IMG/VR virus record: IMGVR_UViG_3300033066_001625
Span: 25,906-89,905 of that record
Reading direction: 5' to 3' (one strand)
Length of the DNA: 64,000 bases
DNA from: a virus
Lineage: Duplodnaviria; Caudoviricetes
Of this stretch, positions 30,541 to 40,209 are shown piece after piece. Numbering within the stretch: the stretch's first letter is position 1; each line of letters begins with the position of its first letter. Made by a program: the position numbers and the translations under genes. The notes beneath the pieces are model-generated. The model saw nothing but the letters and a program-made list of their open reading frames with translations. It did not search any database and had not been told where the DNA came from.

Positions 30541-30941
30541 CTCCACAAAAAGGACAGCATATTAGATGTTTATTGCGCAACAATTTGATAATTGATGGAA
30601 TTGTAGAATCGTGGTCAGATGCCAAATCCGTATTACGATCTTTAGATGATACATCTATTTCTGTTATCCAACACTCGGCGCAGGATATAGTGGTGATCAA
30701 AATTATACTGAAAGAGCCTGTCAAAGTAAAAATTGATTTATCCACTCAATTTGAAGAGGAATTAGCCAAGCCAAGTAATGATGAATTAAGAGTCAAAAAC
30801 ATGGCGGAGCTGAAAACACTTTTGAATGAACAAGAAAAGAAAATCATTGCGGAGAAGCTCAAGGATCATCATGTTAATGGTGATGTAAAGAAAGTGACCT
30901 ATGGACAACCTGGATTTTTCAAGAAGCCGCGCCCTCAATAA
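30537..30941 (+). CDS. hypothetical protein (Sm/SH3-like N-terminus, coiled C-terminus)
   Basis: 134 aa; overlaps 5' end of DnaC-like gene. Confidence 0.6.
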   Translation: MTPQKGQHIRCLLRNNLIIDGIVESWSDAKSVLRSLDDTSISVIQHSAQDIVVIKIILKEPVKVKIDLSTQFEEELAKPSNDELRVKNMAELKTLLNEQEKKIIAEKLKDHHVNGDVKKVTYGQPGFFKKPRPQ

Positions 30942-31605
30942 CGTTCCACAAAAAAAGCTACAAGAAAAGCTGAATGAGATTAATAATTCTGAATTGGATT
31001 TATCTTCCAAGAATATTAAACTGATTGCTATCAATAGATATGCCGAAAGCAATATTCCCATTGAATATTGGGGATTGAAAATGGAGAGAGATTTTCATGG
31101 AGATCCCAGATTACTAACCAAGTACAATGAATATATTAGTGACTTGAAAAGTTCATACATCAATGGCAATTCCATTTGTTTTGCCGGAGGTCACGGTTTA
31201 GGTAAGACTATGACCGTATGTTGTATTCTCAAAAAAGCATGTGGCAAGAACTATAGTTGTTTGTATACTACGCTTAGTGACATTGTAAATGTATTAACTC
31301 AATCTTCTGGAGAAGACAAGTATCTTTCCAGAAGAGAGTTGGCTTTAGTAGATTTCTTAGTGATTGACGAGTTTGATTCTAGATTCATGCCTTCCGAAAA
31401 CGCAGCAGATTTATATGCCAGAAGTTTGGAGGGAGTTTTTAGAACGCGCAGTCAAAACAAACTACCTACCTTGATGTGTACAAATAGTCCTAATATTGTG
31501 GAGTCATTCAATGGACCTTTGAAGCAAAGCATAGATAGTTTGATGAAGGGTTATACAAAAACATTTCCGGTCTTGGGCGAAGATTTTAGAAAGAAGAGAG
31601 CATGA
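30901..31605 (+). CDS. DnaC/IstB-like AAA+ helicase loader
   Basis: Walker A GGHGLGKT, Walker B FLVIDE, R.R..NKLPTLMCTN; adjacent to DnaB. Confidence 0.85.
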   Translation: MDNLDFSRSRALNNVPQKKLQEKLNEINNSELDLSSKNIKLIAINRYAESNIPIEYWGLKMERDFHGDPRLLTKYNEYISDLKSSYINGNSICFAGGHGLGKTMTVCCILKKACGKNYSCLYTTLSDIVNVLTQSSGEDKYLSRRELALVDFLVIDEFDSRFMPSENAADLYARSLEGVFRTRSQNKLPTLMCTNSPNIVESFNGPLKQSIDSLMKGYTKTFPVLGEDFRKKRA

Positions 31606-33011
31606 ATTACAATTTAGATTTGGTTATCTTAAAAACCCTTATCACCAACAAAAAACATGCCTTGGATTTTGCTAATGAGTGCGATCCCAAGTTGTTTTCT
31701 CCTGATGTATGGAACTTTGCTAATCTTGTTGTAGGATATGTTAAAACCTACAAAGAATTACCTACGCTAAGAGTAATTGTAGAGAAGTTAGAAAAAGGAT
31801 CCAATGACAGACTAATTGAAAGCGTCAAAAAAGTCTGGTCATCTCTAGATGGCGTGGAGTACAACGACAAAGAATATAAACACGATCTGGAGAAAATCAA
31901 AAAACGTTTTGCTGAGAAACAGATCATAGCTGTTAAAGAGAAGTTGGCGTCTATTGAGCCCGGTTCAATGGACATTAACCGCGCAGTTGGTGAACTTCAA
32001 AAAACAGTACAATCTATCAAAAGCCTTAATCAAACTAGAGCTTATGAAAGAAAAACTCTAAAGGAAGCTGTACCTATCTTTAGAGAAGAATATAATGCCA
32101 AGATGGATGATCCTCATTTTGATCGTGGTATCAAAACAGGATATTCCTATTTTGACCATGTAACCGATGGTTTGAGACCTGGTGAGTTGGTACTGATTGG
32201 TGGTGAATCTGGTGGTGGTAAGTCCATGTTACTGATGAACATGGCAGTTCAGCTTTGGATGCAAGAGAATACTATCTATACAGATGAAGCCAATTTTACT
32301 GGCGGAAACAGTGTATTGTATTTTTCGCTAGAAATGCCTTTTAAGCCCTGTTTGAATCGTGTTCTAGCCAGGATGTCATCTGCCCCTTCAAAATTGATTA
32401 GAAACGCCAAATTGAACCCGGAAGAGGCTAGTAAGCTAAAGAGATCTCTCAAGTTTATTACCAAGTATCCTCATCAATTTGAAATAGTAGATATTCCTAG
32501 AGGGGCTACTATGGAAAATTTGGAATTAATATATGAGGAAGCGAAGGTTCATTACGACCCCAAGATTGTGGTTATCGACTATCTAGGTTTAATGGATTAT
32601 GAGAGTGCCGATTTGGATGACTGGTTGAAATTAGGAAAAATTGCCGAAAAGATTCACGAGTTTGCCAGAGTTCATAACCTTATTGTATTAAGCGCTGTTC
32701 AGTTAAACAGAGCAAAAGGTGGTAAAGAAATGGAAGATAAGATTGGTTTACACAGAATTGGTCGTTCTGCTTTGATTATGCAGAATGCTAACATTGCTAT
32801 TCAAATTGAAACCCGCCCAAATGAGAAACAATATCCAGATATGTATTATCATTTGATCAAGAATAGAGATGGTGAATTAGGTAAGGGCAAACTTATCAAG
32901 AATTTAGCTTGCGGTACTTTGCTAGATGATAAGATTGACGATGATGATACAGAATTCTACGACAGAGACCCAGATGATATTTCTGAGAAATTAGATTTGT
33001 TAGATTTATGA
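31602..33011 (+). CDS. dnaB: replicative DNA helicase, DnaB family
   Basis: GIKTGY..FD..TDGLRPGEL, GESGGGKS, FSLEM, VVIDYLGLM, QLNR, KNRDG. Confidence 0.92.
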   Translation: MNYNLDLVILKTLITNKKHALDFANECDPKLFSPDVWNFANLVVGYVKTYKELPTLRVIVEKLEKGSNDRLIESVKKVWSSLDGVEYNDKEYKHDLEKIKKRFAEKQIIAVKEKLASIEPGSMDINRAVGELQKTVQSIKSLNQTRAYERKTLKEAVPIFREEYNAKMDDPHFDRGIKTGYSYFDHVTDGLRPGELVLIGGESGGGKSMLLMNMAVQLWMQENTIYTDEANFTGGNSVLYFSLEMPFKPCLNRVLARMSSAPSKLIRNAKLNPEEASKLKRSLKFITKYPHQFEIVDIPRGATMENLELIYEEAKVHYDPKIVVIDYLGLMDYESADLDDWLKLGKIAEKIHEFARVHNLIVLSAVQLNRAKGGKEMEDKIGLHRIGRSALIMQNANIAIQIETRPNEKQYPDMYYHLIKNRDGELGKGKLIKNLACGTLLDDKIDDDDTEFYDRDPDDISEKLDLLDL

Positions 33012-33025
33012 TGTAAGGCAAATGT

Positions 33026-33370
33026 ATGAACGAAATAGTATGTGTATCATTTTTTGATATGATTGAGAAATACGTTAATCATCTACGAATAGAATCTGTT
33101 GATCATAAATTCTTATCAAATGATCAGTATAAAAGATTATTGATTGGTTTTAGTTGCTGTGATGAACTTTATCTATTTAGATTAACCGATCTTAGGCGAA
33201 GAAAAATGTTTCCAGAGAATACTGAAGTCAGTGAACATTGTAGGGCATTTCTAGAAAGCCAAGCAACCTCTTCTGAAAAAAGAGTAGAGTTAGCTAACAC
33301 AGTTGATCTGTGTGTTAAAACCTCCGTAAAAGATCTAGAAAGATATTTTGAATTGAAAGCATTTTGGTGA
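33026..33370 (+). CDS. small protein with C-terminal motif (...LERYFELKAFW*)
   Basis: 114-aa ORF. Confidence 0.65.
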   Translation: MNEIVCVSFFDMIEKYVNHLRIESVDHKFLSNDQYKRLLIGFSCCDELYLFRLTDLRRRKMFPENTEVSEHCRAFLESQATSSEKRVELANTVDLCVKTSVKDLERYFELKAFW

Positions 33371-33377
33371 GGGAAAA

Positions 33378-33560
33378 ATGAAACCTGATCAGGAAATAAT
33401 AGCAGAAGCAGTTCGCATAGAATACGAAGAAAAAACTGGTCAGTTATTTATTGTATTTGAGGTGACAAACGAAAAGCTAAAACAAGATATAAAGAAGAAC
33501 TGGACCAAAGATATTGAATATAAGATTGTAGATAAACATTTGGTAAAAAACGATGAGTGA
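33378..33560 (+). CDS. hypothetical protein
   Basis: 60 aa, GAGGG SD. Confidence 0.6.
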   Translation: MKPDQEIIAEAVRIEYEEKTGQLFIVFEVTNEKLKQDIKKNWTKDIEYKIVDKHLVKNDE

Positions 33561-33876
33561 AACATACAAATGCAATTTATATACAGATCTTTGTGAGTTA
33601 TTTTTTGATATGAAAATGACAGCACAGGGCATTATATTACCTTGTGATGATTCTTTGAATTTATCATTTGATTGGGTAAGTGATGAAAATCATAATTTTT
33701 ACAGCATCAAGATTAAAGATGCAAATAAGTGTTTGAATATAGACTCAATGTTTTCTTCTTTAGAAAAAGAAGAGTTAAGAAGATATTTTGCTAAACCTAG
33801 AATATATGAAAATACTTGCAAAATATTACAATTGCCTATCTTTAATAGAATGGCTAATTTAAAGTGTTTTATTTAA
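33553..33876 (+). CDS. small protein with C-terminal motif (...NRMANLKCFI*)
   Basis: 107-aa ORF. Confidence 0.65.
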   Translation: MSETYKCNLYTDLCELFFDMKMTAQGIILPCDDSLNLSFDWVSDENHNFYSIKIKDANKCLNIDSMFSSLEKEELRRYFAKPRIYENTCKILQLPIFNRMANLKCFI

Positions 33877-33888
33877 GGAGTGTTAGTT

Positions 33889-34197
33889 ATGCCAACATAT
33901 GAACATAAATGTCAATCATTAGAGTGCGGATATGAATGGGAAGATGAATATTCTATTAAACAAGATCCTCCTAAGGTCTGCCCTAAATGCCAAAAAGAAA
34001 CTGCTAAGAGATTAGTTAGTGGTGGCAGCGGTAGAGGCACAGTAGAACTTGGCGCCAATGAACTTATAGCTAAGTTAAAAGATGACGCTAAAACTCTACA
34101 AAAAGATGCCGCTAAAAATGAAAAGGTATATGCTAACCTTTTGGGAGAAGATAGGTATCAATCCATGCAAACAAGAATGGATAATAGAAAGCGCTGA
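33889..34197 (+). CDS. FmdB-family zinc-ribbon protein
   Basis: MPTYEHKC...C and CPKC; AAGGAG SD before ATG 33889. Confidence 0.8.
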   Translation: MPTYEHKCQSLECGYEWEDEYSIKQDPPKVCPKCQKETAKRLVSGGSGRGTVELGANELIAKLKDDAKTLQKDAAKNEKVYANLLGEDRYQSMQTRMDNRKR

Positions 34198-34240
34198 TGA
34201 TATTAAAAATCTTTGAGGAATAAAAAAAGATTGCGGCGAA

Positions 34241-34268
34241 TTGACATCCTAAAAAAACAATTTACATT
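34241..34268 (+). promoter_or_regulatory. sigma70-like promoter TTGACA-N16-TACATT
   Basis: Intergenic, A-tract upstream (possible UP element), 28 nt before ATG 34297. Confidence 0.65.
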
Positions 34269-34296
34269 ATGCTGTGAAACCGGGAGACTGTAGAAA

Positions 34297-34488
34297 ATGC
34301 CCACATATTTGTACAAATGTGAAAAGCATGGAGAATTCGAGATTGAACACTCCATTAAAGATAAACTAGAAACTTGTCCTAAGTGTGAAGAGGAAGGATC
34401 TGATCCACATACTGTAGTTAGACTTATTTGTAATAGTGGTGGGTTTATCCTAAACGGATCAGGTTGGGCACGAGACAATTATAGTTGA
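34297..34488 (+). CDS. second FmdB-family zinc-ribbon protein
   Basis: MPTYLYKCEKH, CPKC, C-terminal GGFILNGSGW. Confidence 0.8.
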   Translation: MPTYLYKCEKHGEFEIEHSIKDKLETCPKCEEEGSDPHTVVRLICNSGGFILNGSGWARDNYS

Positions 34489-34490
34489 AC

Positions 34491-34637
34491 ATGGCTTCTA
34501 GTAAAATAAGTCAAAAGACTAAAATTAAACAGATTATTGATCTGCTTAGATTCGTTCTAACATTAGATGATGAAGAGCTAATCAAATCAACTATTGAATC
34601 CGTTATTGAAAGTTTAGAGGACATAAGTAACAAGTAA
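34491..34637 (+). CDS. 48-aa helical ORF not in the track
   Basis: Hand translation MASSKISQKTKIKQIIDLLRFVLTLDDEELIKSTIESVIESLEDISNK*; fills gap 2 nt after previous stop. Confidence 0.55.
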   Translation: MASSKISQKTKIKQIIDLLRFVLTLDDEELIKSTIESVIESLEDISNK

Positions 34638-34699
34638 TAACGTGTATCAATAATTGAGTATAACAGATACTTCCATTGGCTTAAAGAGCGAGAATATAA

Positions 34700-35323
34700 A
34701 TGTTAACAGAACAAGAAGCACAAGACTTAATGATCAAATTGATAGATTTGAGATCTAAATCTAAGACTGATCCTCAAATTGAGGCAGAGCTTAAAAAACA
34801 TGAGAAGATTTGTATTCAGAATTTCAAGTATTTAGTTACTATGAAAACTGGTCGCTATAAAGCATTCAGCAATTATGATGATTTGAATCAAGAAGGTTTT
34901 GAGGCTTTGATTAAAGCCATGAATAATTACAACCCAAAAAAGGGTTCTTTCTTCTGGTGGGCGCACAAATATATTGACACTCGTATTTCTAGAAGTGCCA
35001 ATTTGCATACTACCATTAGATATCCTTTGAAGGTTGCTAAGCAAAATACTCCACACAAAGAGGCTATCATGCCTACTTTGGTGGAAGAAAGATATTGTCC
35101 AGATAAAGAACTGGAAGAGTCTCAATTGAATAATGCTATTCAAGGTGCTTTTTCTGTGTTAACAGATGAGCAAAGAGAGATTATCAATTTGGCATATGGT
35201 TTTGATGGAGATAAACCAATGTCTATTAATAAGATATGCAAAAAGTTAAGCATATCTAGGCTGAGTTGCATTAAAACAATCAACAGCGCGCTCGCCATCA
35301 TGAAAAACAATATTGCAGTATAA
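34700..35323 (+). CDS. phage RNA polymerase sigma factor (sigma70 family, regions 2 and 4)
   Basis: DDLNQEGFEALIKAMNNYNPKKG (region 2); LTDEQREIINLAYG...SINKICKKLSIS (region 4 HTH). Confidence 0.88.
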   Translation: MLTEQEAQDLMIKLIDLRSKSKTDPQIEAELKKHEKICIQNFKYLVTMKTGRYKAFSNYDDLNQEGFEALIKAMNNYNPKKGSFFWWAHKYIDTRISRSANLHTTIRYPLKVAKQNTPHKEAIMPTLVEERYCPDKELEESQLNNAIQGAFSVLTDEQREIINLAYGFDGDKPMSINKICKKLSISRLSCIKTINSALAIMKNNIAV

Positions 35324-35373
35324 GCAATTACACAACATGAATTTCAAGGAACTTAATTCTCACAAGGTGAATT

Positions 35374-37896
35374 ATGCAGGGATACACTTACGCTCAGGTT
35401 TTAGAAAAGTCCACAGAATACTTTAATGGAGATGATTTTGCTGCCAAAGTATTCGTCGACAAATATGCGTTGCAGACTACAGAAGGTGAATATTTAGAAC
35501 TAACCCCTGTTGACATGCATCATCGTTTGGCAAAAGAGTTTGCTAGGATTGAGAAGAAGTATCCTAATCCTTTATCAGAAGAACGTATTTTTAGCCTAAT
35601 CGATCGTTTTCAATACATAGTTCCACAGGGCAGCCCTATGTCTGCTATTGGAAATCCCTATCAACTACAAAGTTTATCCAATTGCTTTGTGGTTCAGGGG
35701 GTTTACTCTAACAAACTAGACTCCTATGGCGGAATTATGTTAGCTGATCAAGAGCTAGCTCAAATCATGAAACGTCGTGGCGGGGTTGGTCTTGATATTT
35801 CTGGTATTAGACCCAAGGACACACTAACTGCTAATGCCGCTAAAACTACTGATGGTATTGGTGTATTCATGGAAAGGTTTAGTAATACCTGCCGTGAAGT
35901 AGCTCAAAATGGTAGACGTGGCGCCGAAATGATCACCATTTCTGTAAACCATCCAGAAATTGAAACGTTTATCAATATCAAAAGAAACTTGAAGAAGGTC
36001 ACTGGAGCCAATATTTCTATTCGTTTCAACGATCAATTCATGAAAGCCGCTAAGAAGAATGAAAAGTACACCCTTCGTTGGCCAGTTGATGCAACACCCG
36101 AAAACGCCAAAATCACTAAGATAGTCGATGCTAAAAACATTTGGGACCAAGTGATCGATGCCGCCTGGACTTCTGCCGAACCAGGCGTTTTGTTTTGGGA
36201 TAATGTTAAATCTACTACGCCAGCCGATATTTATGAAGAAGAAGGATACGGCTCTATCTCCACCAATCCTTGTGGAGAAATCGTATTGTCAGCTTATGAT
36301 GCTTGTCGTTTGTTAGTATTGAATTTATCCAGTTATGTAACAAATCCATTTACAGCTGATGCTAAATTCGATTTTGATTTGTTTCATGAACATACAATTA
36401 TTGCGCAGAGATTGATGGATGATATTATTGATCTAGAAATTGAATGCATTGATCGTATTATTGAAAAGGTCAAATCAGATCCTGAGCCCGAAGAGGCAAA
36501 ACAAACTGAATTGAATCTTTGGAGAAAGATTCGTGCTGCCAATATTGGTGGTCGTAGAACAGGTTTGGGTATTACTGCCCTAGGCGATTGCATTGCTATG
36601 TTGGGTGTTAGATATGGTTCTGCAGAATCTATTGAATTAACCCGCAAGATTTATCGTGCTTTGGCAGTTGGCGCTCATACTTCATCATGTGTAATGGCAA
36701 AAGAAAGAGGAGCATTTCCAACTTTCAGTTATTCTAAAGAGAAGGATCATGCTTACCTAAAGAGCATTATGACTGATGCTGGTAAATCAGTTGGTACAAT
36801 GTGGAAAAAGTATGGTCGTCGCAATATTGCCTTGACTACCACAGCCCCAACTGGTTCTGTCTCTACATTAACTCAAACAACATCTGGTATTGAGCCGGCT
36901 TATCTTTTGTCTTATGTAAGACGTAAGAAGATAAATCCATCGGATAAAAACGCTAGAGTGGATTTTGTGGATACCCTGGGTGATAGGTGGCAAGAATTCA
37001 CCATTTACCATCATGGTGTAAAGAAATGGATGGATGTTACTGGCGAATCAGATATTGCCAAATCGCCATATTGGAAAGCTACTTCTAATGATGTAGATTG
37101 GGTTGCATCTGTAGATCTACAAGCAGCCGCACAACAATCTGTTGATCATAGCATTAGCAAGACTTGTAACTTGCCAAATGATGCAACAAGAGATATTGTT
37201 TCTCAAGTTTATATGAGGGCTTGGGAGTCTGGTTGCAAAGGATTTACAGTTTACCGTGATGGTTGTCGTACTGGCGTATTACTTAGCGAAGAATCTGCCA
37301 AGAAGGTTAAAACTCCTGGCGAGAGACCTGCTGACGTAGACTATGTTATGGCTCCCAAGAGACCTATAGAATTGCCTTGTGACATTAAGAAAGCCAAAGT
37401 TAATGGAGAGGCTTGGACTATATTTGTGGGATTGTTAAATGGTAAACCTTATGAAATCTTTGGTGGTCTTTCCAAGTTTTTGGATATTCCTAATAAATAC
37501 AAGACTGGAAAAATCCTTAAGAATGGGAAAAACTCTGATGGATTAACTACTTACAATTTAGTGATTGGAGAAAATTCACCAGACGATAAGATGGTCATTA
37601 AAGATATTGCCAATATCTTTGAGAATAAGACTCATGAAGCTTTCACTAGAATGATTTCTTTGAATCTTAGACATGGCACTCCAATACAATATGTAGTGGA
37701 GCAATTAACCAAAGATAAATATGCAGAAATGACATCATTTTCTAAAGTTGTAGCCAGAGTATTGAAGTCCTACATCAAGGATGGAAGTAAAGCTGCTTCT
37801 GAGAAAGTTTGTGTTTCCTGCAATGCAGAGGGAACTTTGGTGTATCAAGAAGGCTGTATAACTTGTACTTCTTGTAAGTATAGTAAGTGTGGATAA
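35374..37896 (+). CDS. nrdJ: class II (adenosylcobalamin-dependent) ribonucleotide reductase
   Basis: SLSNC, RRGAEM, TNPCGEI, RRTGLG, APTGS, SISKT.N, VYRDGCR, C-terminal CxxC...EGC..C..C zinc ribbon; no small subunit nearby. Confidence 0.88.
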   Translation: MQGYTYAQVLEKSTEYFNGDDFAAKVFVDKYALQTTEGEYLELTPVDMHHRLAKEFARIEKKYPNPLSEERIFSLIDRFQYIVPQGSPMSAIGNPYQLQSLSNCFVVQGVYSNKLDSYGGIMLADQELAQIMKRRGGVGLDISGIRPKDTLTANAAKTTDGIGVFMERFSNTCREVAQNGRRGAEMITISVNHPEIETFINIKRNLKKVTGANISIRFNDQFMKAAKKNEKYTLRWPVDATPENAKITKIVDAKNIWDQVIDAAWTSAEPGVLFWDNVKSTTPADIYEEEGYGSISTNPCGEIVLSAYDACRLLVLNLSSYVTNPFTADAKFDFDLFHEHTIIAQRLMDDIIDLEIECIDRIIEKVKSDPEPEEAKQTELNLWRKIRAANIGGRRTGLGITALGDCIAMLGVRYGSAESIELTRKIYRALAVGAHTSSCVMAKERGAFPTFSYSKEKDHAYLKSIMTDAGKSVGTMWKKYGRRNIALTTTAPTGSVSTLTQTTSGIEPAYLLSYVRRKKINPSDKNARVDFVDTLGDRWQEFTIYHHGVKKWMDVTGESDIAKSPYWKATSNDVDWVASVDLQAAAQQSVDHSISKTCNLPNDATRDIVSQVYMRAWESGCKGFTVYRDGCRTGVLLSEESAKKVKTPGERPADVDYVMAPKRPIELPCDIKKAKVNGEAWTIFVGLLNGKPYEIFGGLSKFLDIPNKYKTGKILKNGKNSDGLTTYNLVIGENSPDDKMVIKDIANIFENKTHEAFTRMISLNLRHGTPIQYVVEQLTKDKYAEMTSFSKVVARVLKSYIKDGSKAASEKVCVSCNAEGTLVYQEGCITCTSCKYSKCG

Positions 37897-37941
37897 AAGT
37901 TTTGCGGTTGGGTTACTAATTAAAAGATATTGTTTAAGTAA

Positions 37942-38331
37942 ATGCAAGCTATCATCCAACTCAGATACAATGAAAATCTCCAGCAGATTGAGAAAGAAGA
38001 GAAAAACAGATTTCTCCGATATCTGCTGGAGGAAATGGGTCTTCCAATTCAAGAATTTTGGAAAGAAGATGAATTAACATTATCTATTGAGCAAAAAATG
38101 AAATTGAGAAGTATACTCTCTAATTACGCTGTCCAGGTTATAGATGATTCGGACGGATACCTAGGGGTGTACGTTGAAAAAGAGTTAGTTGGAGAATGGC
38201 GTAGGTGTAACTACAAGTTAAAAAGGGATCTTAGTCAAATTGATCCCAAGAAGCAATTATATCTAGAAATGGAAATCAATTGCTGGTCATTATTCGAAGA
38301 GCAAGAAGAACCCACAGAAGAGAACCTTTAA
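37942..38331 (+). CDS. hypothetical protein
   Basis: 129-aa ORF, TAATG overlap with phoH. Confidence 0.65.
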   Translation: MQAIIQLRYNENLQQIEKEEKNRFLRYLLEEMGLPIQEFWKEDELTLSIEQKMKLRSILSNYAVQVIDDSDGYLGVYVEKELVGEWRRCNYKLKRDLSQIDPKKQLYLEMEINCWSLFEEQEEPTEENL

Positions 38332-39656
38332 TGAGAAAAACATACGTCTTAGATACATCCGCATTGATTCAAGACCCTGGCGCTTACAAGCATTTTTCGC
38401 ACAGCGATGTTGTTATCCCTATTGCTGTATTAACCGAACTAGATAAGTTGAAGAAACAACTTAATGAAGCCGGTAAAAATGCAAGAGTAGCTTCTCGCAT
38501 GTTAGATGAGATTTCTAACTTGGGAGACATTAGCACCGGAATATTGTTAGATAATGACATCTTATTGAAAATAGATGCTACCTACTATGATCTAGGTAAT
38601 CCAACCTTTTCTGGATTTGGAGATCCTGATTATGGAGATACTCAGATTTTAGCTTGCTTGTACATTACTTGGAAAGAACATCCATTCCGTGATGTAACCC
38701 TAGTAAGTAATGATATCAATCTAAGAATCAAAGCTAAGTCTAGGGGTGTAGATGCTCAATCTCACGAAGATGTTAAGTATTCTTTAAGTGAGCTATATAC
38801 TGGTCTTCAAATAATAGTTAATGAAGAGGCTGGATATGCTATTCAACAGTTTGGCGCCATTAATCCCAAAGATTTTGGGTTAACAGAGTTACATCCTCAT
38901 GAATGTGTTCTATTCCAAAATGAACAAGGCGATGGCATTGCCATGGGTCGTAAGATGCCCGGCGATAAAGTTAAGCTGTTGAAGAAACATTTCCCATGGG
39001 GTATTTCATCTAGAAACAAAGAACAGTCATTTGCTGTTGATTTGATGATGGATAGAAGTGTTGATTTGGTAACCTTAATCGGAAAAGCTGGTACTGGTAA
39101 AAGCTTAATGGTATTGGCTACTGCTCTTGAATTGGTATTGAATAGAAAAGAATACGACAAATTTGTTATCTATAGACCAATTCAACCAGTTGGTAATGAT
39201 ATTGGATACCTTCCTGGTACTATGGAAGAGAAGCTAGCTCCTTGGTTCCAAGCTATCATGGATAACTTTGAATTCTTATTTGCTAACAAATCAGCAAAGG
39301 GCGGATCTCATGATTGGCGTAAAGATTTGGAAATGTTCCAGAAAAAGGGCGCCATTGAAATGGAAGCAATTACCTATATTCGCGGAAGAAGTATTCCAAA
39401 TTCAATCATTTTGATTGATGAATGCCAGAACTTGACAAAGGATGAAGTCAAGACTATCTTGACACGTGCTGGTGAGGGTACAAAAATAATCTTGACAGGC
39501 GATATAGAGCAAATTGATAATTCAGCATTGGATGCTACCAGTAACGGCTTAACCCATGTAATTGAAAAGTTTAAGGATTCTGAATTAGCGGGACATGTTA
39601 CTTTCGTACAGGGTGAAAGAAGCAAGCTGGCATCTAAAGCAGCAGAAATTTTGTAA
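38331..39656 (+). CDS. phoH: PIN-PhoH family ATPase
   Basis: YVLDTS (PIN), GKAGTGKS, YIRGRS, IDECQN, LTR.GEG.K, GDIEQID; ATG at 38331. Confidence 0.92.
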   Translation: MRKTYVLDTSALIQDPGAYKHFSHSDVVIPIAVLTELDKLKKQLNEAGKNARVASRMLDEISNLGDISTGILLDNDILLKIDATYYDLGNPTFSGFGDPDYGDTQILACLYITWKEHPFRDVTLVSNDINLRIKAKSRGVDAQSHEDVKYSLSELYTGLQIIVNEEAGYAIQQFGAINPKDFGLTELHPHECVLFQNEQGDGIAMGRKMPGDKVKLLKKHFPWGISSRNKEQSFAVDLMMDRSVDLVTLIGKAGTGKSLMVLATALELVLNRKEYDKFVIYRPIQPVGNDIGYLPGTMEEKLAPWFQAIMDNFEFLFANKSAKGGSHDWRKDLEMFQKKGAIEMEAITYIRGRSIPNSIILIDECQNLTKDEVKTILTRAGEGTKIILTGDIEQIDNSALDATSNGLTHVIEKFKDSELAGHVTFVQGERSKLASKAAEIL

Positions 39657-39666
39657 GGGGTTTAAG

Positions 39667-39939
39667 ATGACTTCAGAAGAGAAAGAAACAGCAGTGGTTG
39701 AACAAGTAGTAACACCTAGACTGCAAGAAATAGATAGAATGGCTTTGGAATTAGCTAAAGCTAATCGTAAGGTAGCCTTAGCTAATGCTGAGAAAGCATT
39801 AGCTCAAAATGAGACTTCTGAAATAGCATACAAATATGTAGTTCTTCAACTCTATATGAAGTATGGTTTGACAGAGGTTGATGCTATTTCTGAAGCCGGC
39901 GAGATTATCAAAGGCGGAGCAGTACCAAAGGCGCAATAA
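39667..39939 (+). CDS. hypothetical coiled-coil protein
   Basis: ATG 39667 in frame with track ORF. Confidence 0.6.
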   Translation: MTSEEKETAVVEQVVTPRLQEIDRMALELAKANRKVALANAEKALAQNETSEIAYKYVVLQLYMKYGLTEVDAISEAGEIIKGGAVPKAQ

Positions 39940-40184
39940 TGGATCTCAAAGAATTAACCGATCTGATAGCTATCAGACAGTACGTGGTGAATTCCACTGG
40001 TAATATGACCCTAGATAGACCAACAGTGAATGAGTTAAATGGAATACTCATTCTTCTGGATAAGAAAATTGTTGGAATCTTGAAGGGTGCTGAGTTTAAG
40101 GATTACATTGGATATCAAGGCGTCAAGCAAGCGATTGAAGATGTAGTTCGTATCACAAATATCAAATCAGGTCTCAAAAAATAA
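39939..40184 (+). CDS. hypothetical protein
   Basis: 81 aa, TAATG overlap. Confidence 0.6.
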   Translation: MDLKELTDLIAIRQYVVNSTGNMTLDRPTVNELNGILILLDKKIVGILKGAEFKDYIGYQGVKQAIEDVVRITNIKSGLKK

Positions 40185-40209
40185 GATCTTTCATTTAAGG
40201 TAAGTTGAA

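Noticed and set aside
31602-37896. Inteins or introns in DnaB or the RNR
   Set aside because: Lengths are normal, motifs contiguous, no splice-junction motifs seen; the LAGLIDADG gene is elsewhere and free-standing
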